Origin: Aureliella sp.
Lineage (GTDB): Bacteria > Planctomycetota > Planctomycetia > Pirellulales > Pirellulaceae
Assembly (NCBI GenBank): GCA_963691875.1
Contig: OY829846.1
Coordinates: 704,001-768,000 of the forward strand
Direction of reading: 5' to 3'
DNA length: 64,000 bases
Shown: positions 21,354 through 29,852 of the stretch, piece by piece
How positions within the stretch are numbered: position 1 is the stretch's first letter
How the letters are laid out: each line of letters opens with the position of its first letter
The notes under the pieces: generated by a model
Database searches by the model: none
The model's input: only the letters and a program-made list of their open reading frames with translations
Told to the model about the DNA's origin: nothing
Translations under genes and position numbers: made by a program

Positions 21354-21753
21354 ATGCAAGCCAATGCATTGCTTAACCTCCTCGTAATCAGCTCGACGGA
21401 CAGCGACCAAGCTTAGCATCCAACCAAGCTATCGGCCTCACAACCATCATACATACCCATGGAGATGGTCGAGAACACTATGTATCTGATCAAGGGCAGT
21501 TTGTCTTCCAGATCTATCCGCGTAGCGACTACCATACAACAAAATACGTTAGAATCGGATTTGTCGTTGATGAGCCCGACGAGGCCATTGAGAAGCTACG
21601 TCGGCTTAGCGCATCAATTCTGCCCGTTCCAGAATCTACACAATGGGGGGGCGGCGAGCAATTGTGTCAGACTTAGACGGCCATTGCGTTGAACTCACCG
21701 AGAAGTCGACCTAACAGAGCACAAAACTATCTCGCACCTCAATTGGCAGTCAA

Positions 21754-22152
21754 ATGATTCACGCTCAAAGAATTATCATTCTCACCCTTATCTTCACCCT
21801 TAGTGGTGCGATTGGCTGTGTTTTGCCGGGGCAGAGGCTACTGACAATTCAGATCGAACGAGACGACATGACCATCTTCAGCGGCAACTATGGGGTGCCG
21901 GACAATACACCGGTTGACAAAATGTTTGACATCGTTATCCAGGTCGATTTGGATGCGACCACGGCATATAGCAAGACGGTCAACTCACAGCAGAACGTTG
22001 AAGAACCGCAAGAAAGCCTGCCTGGTCAGCTAGTACTTCTAATTTTCCATAGTGACAAAGAGTTAGCACGACGAAACATCTCAAACCTTGAGATGTCTCA
22101 AGTCTCCGAAGGAAAGCACTGGCGCGTCAAAGAGATTGCCTATTCAAATTAA
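21754..22152 (+). CDS. Hypothetical lipoprotein
   Basis: Hydrophobic N-terminus ending AIGC (lipobox-like). Confidence 0.55.
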   Translation: MIHAQRIIILTLIFTLSGAIGCVLPGQRLLTIQIERDDMTIFSGNYGVPDNTPVDKMFDIVIQVDLDATTAYSKTVNSQQNVEEPQESLPGQLVLLIFHSDKELARRNISNLEMSQVSEGKHWRVKEIAYSN

Positions 22153-22338
22153 GCCAGAACTTCCCTTGGTCGGACTCGCCAGAACTCCTTTATTCCTTTT
22201 TGAGAAGGCTTGCCATACTGGAACATCCTGGCATTCGCTATGCGCAACCCAAAATTGCACCTGTAGTCATGAGCCAGCGAGAGCAGGAATACCGTAATGA
22301 AGAAGCAGTGTTTCTTGTGAATCCCACTACAATTCCCT

Positions 22339-23478
22339 CTAGTTCACGAACATGCTAGCATCGGCAATAGGAGGCTCGGTTTTTGTGGAACGACGCAGGA
22401 CGACAAGTGCCGCGATCAGAGCCGCTGTCAGAACCAGCAGAGTAATTCCAAGCAAAGGTCGAACTGCAATCCAAGCGATCGAGATCGTGGTAAGCGAAAT
22501 AATCGAAGCCAGCAGGAATGCGACGACACCAATCATGAAGCCCGTGATGTCACCAACCATAGGAATCCAACTCACCAATGCTTGAGCCGGGCCAAAGATC
22601 AAGCTGATCCCGATCCCGCACATCAAGAAGCCGCCGCCACGGATGAGCCAAGCCATGACTGTGTTCTCGGACTTTAGTTTTCCAACAAACTCATCTGAAC
22701 TCATTAGGCCATAGTAAAGATCCTCAATCGGCTCGCCATTGCTTGTTTTGTAGGTCGAGAACTTCTCTCCTTGTAGGCGAGCCATCACCGAAACATCCGC
22801 CGGTTTCACAACTTTGAAAGTCATTCGCACATCACCGACTTCCGGTGAACCTGGATTAGGCTTTACCTTCCCCCAGTACAACTCGTTACCGGAGACGACA
22901 AAATGGCCTTCTCCGTCTGCCCCAACCGCTTCCAGAACCGCTGCTTCATTGAGCGCGATGTTCTGCCAGTTGTCCATCTCCTTAAGCAAAGTCGAGGTCA
23001 GCCTATAGGCTCCTAGAGTGACATGCTTTGCGGACTGTCGATGTCCCTTGAAAGGGAGCGTGGGATTCACGTGTCCTGACTCGTGAAAACTCTCGCTGTT
23101 AATCCGCCCCTCGTGCCATCCTTTACTGTAAGAATATGTCTTGCGATCGTTCTTGCGAGAAGAACTTTCATCCCACTGGTACATTTCAACGTGTCGCTTC
23201 AAGTGAATACCGTTCTCGCGGATCGAGAACTCCTCATCTGCCAAAACCTCATCCGTATGAGCGAGACCGCTCAGATGCACGAGTTTATCCTCGAATTCTA
23301 ACATCAATTGTGAGGAATCCGAAATGGTTACTACATCTTGTTCGGCTTCGGCCAGCCCCTTGGTTCGATGAATGGTCCGGTACTCATTCCAAGCATGCAG
23401 AGCGATGCTTCCAGGTACAAGCAGTAGTCCAAACAAGACGCCTGCGATGGCACCTTTCATGCGATTACCAAATGACAT
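22339..23478 (-). CDS. TMEM43/DUF1625 family membrane protein
   Basis: WNE.R, KLVHLSG, L.R.VEMYQW.E, P.VGDVR..F, W..R..G, IAWIAVRP. Confidence 0.85.
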   Translation of the reverse strand: MSFGNRMKGAIAGVLFGLLLVPGSIALHAWNEYRTIHRTKGLAEAEQDVVTISDSSQLMLEFEDKLVHLSGLAHTDEVLADEEFSIRENGIHLKRHVEMYQWDESSSRKNDRKTYSYSKGWHEGRINSESFHESGHVNPTLPFKGHRQSAKHVTLGAYRLTSTLLKEMDNWQNIALNEAAVLEAVGADGEGHFVVSGNELYWGKVKPNPGSPEVGDVRMTFKVVKPADVSVMARLQGEKFSTYKTSNGEPIEDLYYGLMSSDEFVGKLKSENTVMAWLIRGGGFLMCGIGISLIFGPAQALVSWIPMVGDITGFMIGVVAFLLASIISLTTISIAWIAVRPLLGITLLVLTAALIAALVVLRRSTKTEPPIADASMFVN

Positions 23479-23544
23479 TCAATTCAGTCCTCTTCAAGCG
23501 GGTATTGGAGATTGCGAAGTCGAACCACGCAACGAGATTGAAAT

Positions 23545-25269
23545 CTAACGAATACGAAAAACCGCGAAACTTTTGTTAATAACCTTTATCGGATAGACCA
23601 GCTCAAACCTAGGCGGTTGCTCGTGCCTGGCATAATAGGTTCGATCGACCAACATGTACTCGAAGCCGAACTCTTCCTTCAATTCTAAAATCTCCTCGTC
23701 TGTCCAGCCACGGACCAAGCCTGATGGCGTCACTCGAGGAGTCAGTATTTTTACTCGCCGGTACCACTCAATAACGCTTGGAACATCCTGAGGCACATCC
23801 TTCCAGCAAACAACCTCTGCCCTTTCAGCATGCCACTTAAAGGATTGTTGGTATTTTGGCGTCAACCAAAGACTATCAGTAGGTGTATTCTTTCGAATCC
23901 ATTCGCATGCAGCGAGCCAATCGACGTGTCGATTCGAGCGGCCATCTTTCCATTCGATTTCTTGTCGTTCGCCAAAAGTTTCAACGACCAGCTTGTCCGC
24001 CGGAGGAACTGTATCATCCGAGGCTTGGTATGTTCTAAAGGCCGAAAGACCAAGCACCGTAGGCGCCAGCAGAGCGATTCCTACTTTGCGAGCGCCCGCG
24101 AGAAGAATTTTGTTTTCGTCGTCAACCTCGCCGCTCGTTTCAGTTTTTCGCTCGAAACCAAAACTGACGCCTTGCCACAAAACAGCACTCCATGCCAAAG
24201 GCACAGCGATATCCGCCCAACGCAACCAATAAAACCGAAGTAGGCTAGCAGCAAGCACAGGTTGGTACGTTGCGGCATTCGCATCTGCGATGTAACGATC
24301 AATGCACCAACCGATGCATGCGAACAGCGCCGCAAGTGCTGCAATCGAAAGAAGACGCCCACTCCCTCGCAGCGAAAGACGAAGCTCTTCTTCATCCGCA
24401 ACGGCTTGCGGGCTTTGGCGACTCAATGAAAAGTATTTGACTGCAAACCAGACGGCTATAACCAAGAGGAAAAGAATAACAGAGACGCAGGCAGCCCAGT
24501 CTTTCGCTGCAGAAAACGTCGTCGGACGAAGATGGTGATCAAGCCTGAAAAACACATGCACCTGCGCTGCGACGGCGCTCGGGTCATCCCCGCGAATTCC
24601 AAACAGCGCCGGAAGGAGACCAAGCAACGAAATAACGAATGCAATGGCAATCCAATTGAACTGCGAGAAGAAGCTCGGCGCGGAACGACTAAACAACCAG
24701 ACCAATCCTACGCTCAAGCCAGCCCAACCACCGACTAATGGATGCCACAACACACCACAGGCCAGCCACACCCATCCGCGCTCCCATCTATCGTTCAAGG
24801 CAGCAGCTATCCCAAGCAACACGCAAGGATAGGCCAATGATTTCCCTTCAAATCCACCGACAGCCCATTCTCCAGCCCAGTTGCCATAATCCACGGCCAA
24901 GATCCACGTAGCAAGCGCGAATGGTGCAAGCACTCTTGGAATCCGCAGGCTTTGCCCAAACCTAATCCAAGCAAATGACATAAAGCCCCAAGCTAAGAAT
25001 CTCCCAACCCAAGCCACCGCTCCCAGCGGCATAAACAGCGATAAGCTGCCAGCTAGTAAGGTCGAAGCGTAGTGGGAGTTTCCAGAATTCAGAAACAGAT
25101 CGCTAGGCGCAAAACTCGAGTCAAAGAAGTGTCTTGCCTTGGTCAGATAGTGCGATTCATTAACGCCTGGGACCGAGGTCGCTGCTATCACGAATACCAC
25201 AGCGAACTGTACAAACCACTGAACGAAGTCAGCCCGATGCTTCTGCAGCAGCGTCTTCAATTTGGGCAC
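23545..25269 (-). CDS. DUF6798-like polytopic membrane protein
   Basis: P.VNE.HYL.KA, GEW.VGG.E.K, RL.HHL.P, FKW.AERAEVV.WKD.PQD. Confidence 0.7.
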   Translation of the reverse strand: MPKLKTLLQKHRADFVQWFVQFAVVFVIAATSVPGVNESHYLTKARHFFDSSFAPSDLFLNSGNSHYASTLLAGSLSLFMPLGAVAWVGRFLAWGFMSFAWIRFGQSLRIPRVLAPFALATWILAVDYGNWAGEWAVGGFEGKSLAYPCVLLGIAAALNDRWERGWVWLACGVLWHPLVGGWAGLSVGLVWLFSRSAPSFFSQFNWIAIAFVISLLGLLPALFGIRGDDPSAVAAQVHVFFRLDHHLRPTTFSAAKDWAACVSVILFLLVIAVWFAVKYFSLSRQSPQAVADEEELRLSLRGSGRLLSIAALAALFACIGWCIDRYIADANAATYQPVLAASLLRFYWLRWADIAVPLAWSAVLWQGVSFGFERKTETSGEVDDENKILLAGARKVGIALLAPTVLGLSAFRTYQASDDTVPPADKLVVETFGERQEIEWKDGRSNRHVDWLAACEWIRKNTPTDSLWLTPKYQQSFKWHAERAEVVCWKDVPQDVPSVIEWYRRVKILTPRVTPSGLVRGWTDEEILELKEEFGFEYMLVDRTYYARHEQPPRFELVYPIKVINKSFAVFRIR

Positions 25270-25617
25270 TTGGGAGTAGAACGTGTAAAGAAGGGAGGAC
25301 TGTGAGATCTATTGTTGCACTATCCCCATCGTCGACAGCAAAAAAACTACAAAAACTAGTGGCAAAAGTACTTGATTTCTTGACTCGGGCCTCATTGTGC
25401 GTAGAGTGATGGTACTAGCTTAGCGATGTAGCTTGGTCAGGGTACCGTAGAGACAGACGTGTTTTAGCTTCCCACAGCGTGTGGGAGCCAAACCAGTCAA
25501 AAAAATTGGCTGACAACCGAGAACCAACTCAGTCTCGGCAAACTCGTTTTCCATCGCGTTAATAAGGACAGATTCGCTTTTGGAATTGGCGGCGGGAAAA
25601 ACCAAAGGAAGGGAAAG

Positions 25618-25815
25618 ATGTTAGTTCTATCTCGAAAGAAAAATGAGAGTATTGTCATCAACAATGACATTACCATTGTTGTCGTAGAAATCCGTGGCGA
25701 CAAGGTCCGTTTGGGTGTTGAGGCGCCTCGCGAAGTGCCCGTGCACAGACGTGAAGTCTATGACGCTATTAAGAGAAGTCAGCACGACGATACAGCTGCT
25801 TCTCAGCAGGACTAA
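25618..25815 (+). CDS. csrA: Carbon storage regulator
   Basis: [15 protein letters not shown]...[21 protein letters not shown]. Confidence 0.97.
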   Translation: MLVLSRKKNESIVINNDITIVVVEIRGDKVRLGVEAPREVPVHRREVYDAIKRSQHDDTAASQQD

Positions 25816-25844
25816 ACCAGACTATACACTCTGGGTTTAGGTGA

Positions 25845-25897
25845 AAGCCTGTATCTCGAACGTCCGGGGACGAGCGAGATATGGGCTTTTTTCTTTT
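25845..25897 (+). terminator. Probable intrinsic terminator of csrA
   Basis: AAGCCTGTATCTCG...CGAGATATGGGCTT stem followed by a T-run. Confidence 0.7.
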
Positions 25898-26046
25898 GAA
25901 TTTTCTCCCTTTACCAGAACCACGCGTCAGGGGCTGTAAATAAAAAAGTCTGCATTAGAAAACAAGAACTGAGGATCGGACGCGATTCAGTCGATGATTT
26001 GGCAAGTGCTGATTTCAGCTTGTTGGAATTGTCTGCTCAATGAGTC

Positions 26047-26076
26047 TTGACCATTCCTGCTCGCACTGATAAAAAT
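26047..26076 (+). promoter_or_regulatory. Candidate sigma70-type promoter of tRNA-Glu
   Basis: TTGACC-17 nt-TAAAAA just upstream of the tRNA. Confidence 0.45.
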
Positions 26077-26092
26077 TCCGCTGGCAGTCGCC

Positions 26093-27460
26093 TCAAGCGG
26101 CCCCTTCGTCTAGCGGTCTAGGACACCGCCCTTTCACGGCGGCAACACGGGTTCGAGTCCCGTAGGGGTCACTTTTTGATTGGTCGAGCAGAGACATGGC
26201 CAGCTTTTCAAGGATATTTGAATTAACAGGTTCAAATGCCTTTCGGCCTGTCTCACGCTGACCAGCCTTTTCCTGCAATGTGTGGGGTACTTTTTGGGGT
26301 ACTTTTGAAGATACCCCAGCAGTCACCCCATCTATCTTTGCCCCGTACTCGGTAGCCCTATTAAAACTTGCCTGCATCGTCATGGCATAGTGGTTATTTG
26401 CTACTGTTGGGCTATTCCCCAGCCAGCTAGTCACATCCTTAGCTGGGTAGCAGGCTAGCAGTTCCGTTTCTCTGGTGGCTCGGAGGTTCTGCATCAGCTT
26501 CGGCCAGGGAACCAGTCCTGCCCTGGTGATAATCTTTTGTAGGGTGGTTCGTAGGTTTGAGTCTGGGCCATACCTAGTCACGACCAGTTCTGCACCACCC
26601 GGTGCCATCTCCCTTGCCCGCAACAGATGTGGTCTTAGCTCGGGGAAGATTGGGCAGCTGCGGATGGCCGGCGATTTGTTGCTGCGGACAATCATCCGGT
26701 TGTTCACCAGGTCTATGTCATCCCATCTCTGGATGCAGCATTCGTGTGCCCGCATGCCGGCATACCTGGCAAAGGCTAGGATGATTCGCCAATCCTCACA
26801 GGGTGCTTTCCTGATGCAGCGATCAATCCACTCTACAGGCACCATGAACATGCGGTCTGGATTCCCCCGCACCGCCGCCACTTCATCTGCAAATGGATTT
26901 TCTGGGATCAGCCTGTATTTAACGGCTGCCTGGAAAAATTGCTTGGCCCTGCCGATTCTACGCCTGACAGTGTTCTCTGCTAGTTTCTTATTAGACAACC
27001 ATTTGCGGTAATCCTCAGCATGGCCGGGTGTGATGGTGTCTAACGTCTTGTCCGTACCAAAATGTTCGACCAGGAACTTGGCCGCCGTTGTTAGCTGCCT
27101 GATTGTCCCAGTCTTCCCTGGGTGCTTTTCTATGTAACTATCCGTCCATTGCTTGATGGTAGGCACGGGGGTTGGTTCTGCCAGCTCAGCTGGTGGCTCT
27201 GCCGGCTGCCTGGGTGCTACCAGTTCCAGCTTGGCCAACTTGCGGTGTAGCTTGTCAGACAGGCCGGCTATCCACTGGGAAATAGCCACATCAGGTTCAG
27301 ACCCCTGCACTTTTCGGCTAACAATGTGTTCCACCTTGGCTGCGATAGCCTCAGCATCCCTGATGGCAATTCTGCCGGGGTATAGGCTGGTCCGGTTCCC
27401 CTGGTGGTCCATGAACCGGATTTCAATAGACCCGTTGGCCCTTCGTTTGATACTAGCCAT
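26093..27460 (-). CDS. Tyrosine recombinase/integrase; reads through attL and antisense across the tRNA
   Basis: YAGMRAHE (catalytic R), PWPKLMQNLRATRET, WLGNSPTVANNHY (catalytic Y). Confidence 0.92.
   Translation of the reverse strand: MASIKRRANGSIEIRFMDHQGNRTSLYPGRIAIRDAEAIAAKVEHIVSRKVQGSEPDVAISQWIAGLSDKLHRKLAKLELVAPRQPAEPPAELAEPTPVPTIKQWTDSYIEKHPGKTGTIRQLTTAAKFLVEHFGTDKTLDTITPGHAEDYRKWLSNKKLAENTVRRRIGRAKQFFQAAVKYRLIPENPFADEVAAVRGNPDRMFMVPVEWIDRCIRKAPCEDWRIILAFARYAGMRAHECCIQRWDDIDLVNNRMIVRSNKSPAIRSCPIFPELRPHLLRAREMAPGGAELVVTRYGPDSNLRTTLQKIITRAGLVPWPKLMQNLRATRETELLACYPAKDVTSWLGNSPTVANNHYAMTMQASFNRATEYGAKIDGVTAGVSSKVPQKVPHTLQEKAGQRETGRKAFEPVNSNILEKLAMSLLDQSKSDPYGTRTRVAAVKGRCPRPLDEGAA
26099..26171 (+). 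tRNA. tRNA-Glu (TTC), CCA not encoded
   Basis: GGCCCCT/AGGGGTC acceptor stem, CCGCC-CTTTCAC-GGCGG anticodon arm, GGTTCGAGTCC T arm. Confidence 0.97.
26155..26173 (+). repeat. attL core (tRNA 3' end)
   Basis: GAGTCCCGTAGGGGTCACT, identical to 40790-40808. Confidence 0.93.
26281..26305 (+). repeat. Putative integrase arm-type site, left
   Basis: TGTGGGGTACTTTTTGGGGTACTTT (tandem TGGGGTACTTT); recurs at 34614 and 40723. Confidence 0.75.
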
Positions 27461-27586
27461 CTAGTACAACTCCTGCTGGTTGTCACCTGTAGTTATGAAA
27501 TGGGGCAGGCAGGTACAGGTGCCTGCGGTTCGGCCTGGGTAGCTACTCCCTGGCCTAGCCCGGCACCATATTACCCGATTCTTGCC

Positions 27587-29746
27587 CTAGCCAGCCACCG
27601 ATGCTGACCACACTTGCAACTGCCCCTTCTCATCCCTGACAGCCTGGGCTGCCTTGTCCCATCGCTGGGTCAGGGCATACTCACACTCAACTGGGATGCC
27701 TGGCACAAATGGCTGCATGGACTGCTTGCAAATGTTTTCTATCTCGGCTGCTGCCTGGTTGATGTTGTCTAGCTTGCTCAGCTCGATGATGAACTCATCA
27801 TGGATGAATGCCACAATGCGATAGCCGGCCTGGGTCAGCTTCCACATCGTCTGCTTGCATCCATCCGCTGCCAGTCCCTGGAATGGGGCATTCCTGGCTG
27901 CGGTAAATGGCACACTGCCCCGCATGCGGCCAGTGGTAGTGCTGACTGCGGAATTGAATAGCCGGCGTAGCGGTGATGATTCGCCCACATCTCGCTGCTG
28001 GATGTAGGGCAGCAGGTGGGGATTCCTGCACAGCGTTTCTAGCTGCTGCCAGGTGCGGTAGATGGTCTGTTCCTGGTAGGGTGTGCCATCTTTCTTGCAG
28101 GTGTGGCCGGCCAGTAGCCTACGAAGAATCCCAAGCTGCCAGCCCTGGGACCAGGTAGCCCGCACCTGCACCACATCGGCCTGCAAGACGTTGGCTAGCA
28201 CAGCTGCGGTATCTTCGGCCAGGTACAGCCCCAGCTCAGGATAGACCTGCCTGGTTAGCAACTGGCTGAACTGCTCGGCCTGTTCCAGGGTCATGGATAC
28301 GCCATAGGTGAACTGGGCATAATCGACCAAGGCAGCCGGTCCCAGCCCACCTGGCAGGCCGAAATTGATTGCCTTAGCCTGCTGCCGTAGTTCTTTCTTG
28401 TTGGGCAGTTGGGTGAACTGTTCTAGGTCCAGACCGGCAAACATGGCTGCGGTGTAGCTGTGGGGGTCTGTTCCTTCGATCAGCACATCCCGCAGCTGGC
28501 TGAATCCAATTCGCTCATAGCAGACAGCTGCCAGGGTTCGCAGTTCCAGGGCTGAATAGTCGATGATGAACAGCAGGTTGCCTGGCCTGGCTGTGATGGC
28601 ATCCCTGACTGGGCTGCGTGAAGGCAACTGCTGGATGTTGGGACCACTACAACTGGTGCGGCCAGTTCTAACCATCGTCCGATAGTTGGGGTGGATGGTC
28701 GGCTGGTCCAGGCCGGTGAAGAATGTTCGCAGCTTGGTCAGTTCGGTGTAATCGCAGTAGGCAGCCACCAGTGGGTGCAGCTCCCTGAACTGGCACCAGC
28801 TGTGGTTCACACTGGTGGACAGCCTGCCAGTCGATGTGGTGGGGATGTTCAGCTGGTGCTGCTCAGCAATTGTGGTCAAGTGTTCTACTAGCCGTTTCTG
28901 GTTCATCCTGGGCAGCCCTGATTCTTTGTTCAGCTTGGGCTGGCCTGTTTTCTTGTAGGTGTGCCATAGGCAGCCATCAATTTGCTGCATGGTCTGCACT
29001 GCCTGCTGAATGTCAGCATCAATCTGCTGCTTCAGCTCTGCTGCTCGGTCCAGATCCACATGCAGCCCATGCCTGGTAATGGCTGCCAGGCTGATGGCAG
29101 CTTTCACCTGTAGCTGCTCGGTCAGGAACCCGTAGCTGCGGTTGAGATTGTGGAACTGACATATCTGGCTGGCCTTGCGGGTCAGTTTGCAGAATAGCTG
29201 CCAGGTCGCAGCCGCATCGGTGATGGCATACCGGAAGAATCCGGCATCCAACTGCCCCCAACCCTGGCCGATGGTTTCAGCGTAGCGGGTGCGGTAACTG
29301 TTTTTTTCCAATTCGATGCCAAGATGCTGTTGGGCCAGCTCTGCCAGGGACAGCATGCGGTCATCGTCGGCCTGGGCCAATGTCACCAGGGCATTCAGCA
29401 GCATGGTGTCATGCATCCGGCCTTGGTCCACTGCTGCCCACAGCCAGCTGCGTGCGTCCTCAGCCCCTGTGGTTGCCAGGTGCTTGTCCAGCACCCAGAA
29501 ATCAAACGCCACATTGTGGCACACCAGCTGACAGCCCTGGGGCAGGTGCTGCATCAGGAATGCTGCCATGCGGTCAGGATGGATGATATAGTTCTGCAGA
29601 CCATCCGATGCACTGCACATGCACAACTGCGGTATGTTCTGGCCCTGAATCAGGGTGGTTTCTGTGTCCAGGCTGATGTGGTTCCCCAGCTGCTGGCCAG
29701 TCCAGAAATCCCATTCCGTTTGCTGGGCTATTTCCAATGTGAGCAT
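27587..29746 (-). CDS. Family A DNA polymerase of the element (3'-5' exonuclease + polymerase, no 5'-3' exonuclease)
   Basis: ExoI DTET, ExoII HNVAFD, ExoIII YAITD; TGR.S...PNIQQ; motif A DYSALELR; motif B RQQAKAINFG; motif C IHDE. Confidence 0.93.
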   Translation of the reverse strand: MLTLEIAQQTEWDFWTGQQLGNHISLDTETTLIQGQNIPQLCMCSASDGLQNYIIHPDRMAAFLMQHLPQGCQLVCHNVAFDFWVLDKHLATTGAEDARSWLWAAVDQGRMHDTMLLNALVTLAQADDDRMLSLAELAQQHLGIELEKNSYRTRYAETIGQGWGQLDAGFFRYAITDAAATWQLFCKLTRKASQICQFHNLNRSYGFLTEQLQVKAAISLAAITRHGLHVDLDRAAELKQQIDADIQQAVQTMQQIDGCLWHTYKKTGQPKLNKESGLPRMNQKRLVEHLTTIAEQHQLNIPTTSTGRLSTSVNHSWCQFRELHPLVAAYCDYTELTKLRTFFTGLDQPTIHPNYRTMVRTGRTSCSGPNIQQLPSRSPVRDAITARPGNLLFIIDYSALELRTLAAVCYERIGFSQLRDVLIEGTDPHSYTAAMFAGLDLEQFTQLPNKKELRQQAKAINFGLPGGLGPAALVDYAQFTYGVSMTLEQAEQFSQLLTRQVYPELGLYLAEDTAAVLANVLQADVVQVRATWSQGWQLGILRRLLAGHTCKKDGTPYQEQTIYRTWQQLETLCRNPHLLPYIQQRDVGESSPLRRLFNSAVSTTTGRMRGSVPFTAARNAPFQGLAADGCKQTMWKLTQAGYRIVAFIHDEFIIELSKLDNINQAAAEIENICKQSMQPFVPGIPVECEYALTQRWDKAAQAVRDEKGQLQVWSASVAG

Positions 29747-29760
29747 GTTGAATCCTGAAA

Positions 29761-29849
29761 TCTACAGCCTCTACAGCTCTACACATCTACAGGCCTGTCT
29801 CGGCATGTCTCATCTGTTGTAGATGTGTAGATGCGTAGATGTGTAGATG
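29761..29849. repeat. Iteron-like array, putative replication origin
   Basis: TCTACA at 29761, 29770, 29778, 29786, then inverted (T/C)GTAGATG at 29818, 29826, 29834, 29842; intergenic. Confidence 0.7.
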
Positions 29850-29852
29850 TGG

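Noticed and set aside
27470..27586. GC-rich, possibly structured spacer between the PolA and integrase genes
   Set aside because: Only short imperfect stems; no convincing fold or known motif.
29761..29849. CRISPR array or simple microsatellite
   Set aside because: Units are 6-8 bp with no spacers and switch orientation symmetrically; no cas genes in the window.
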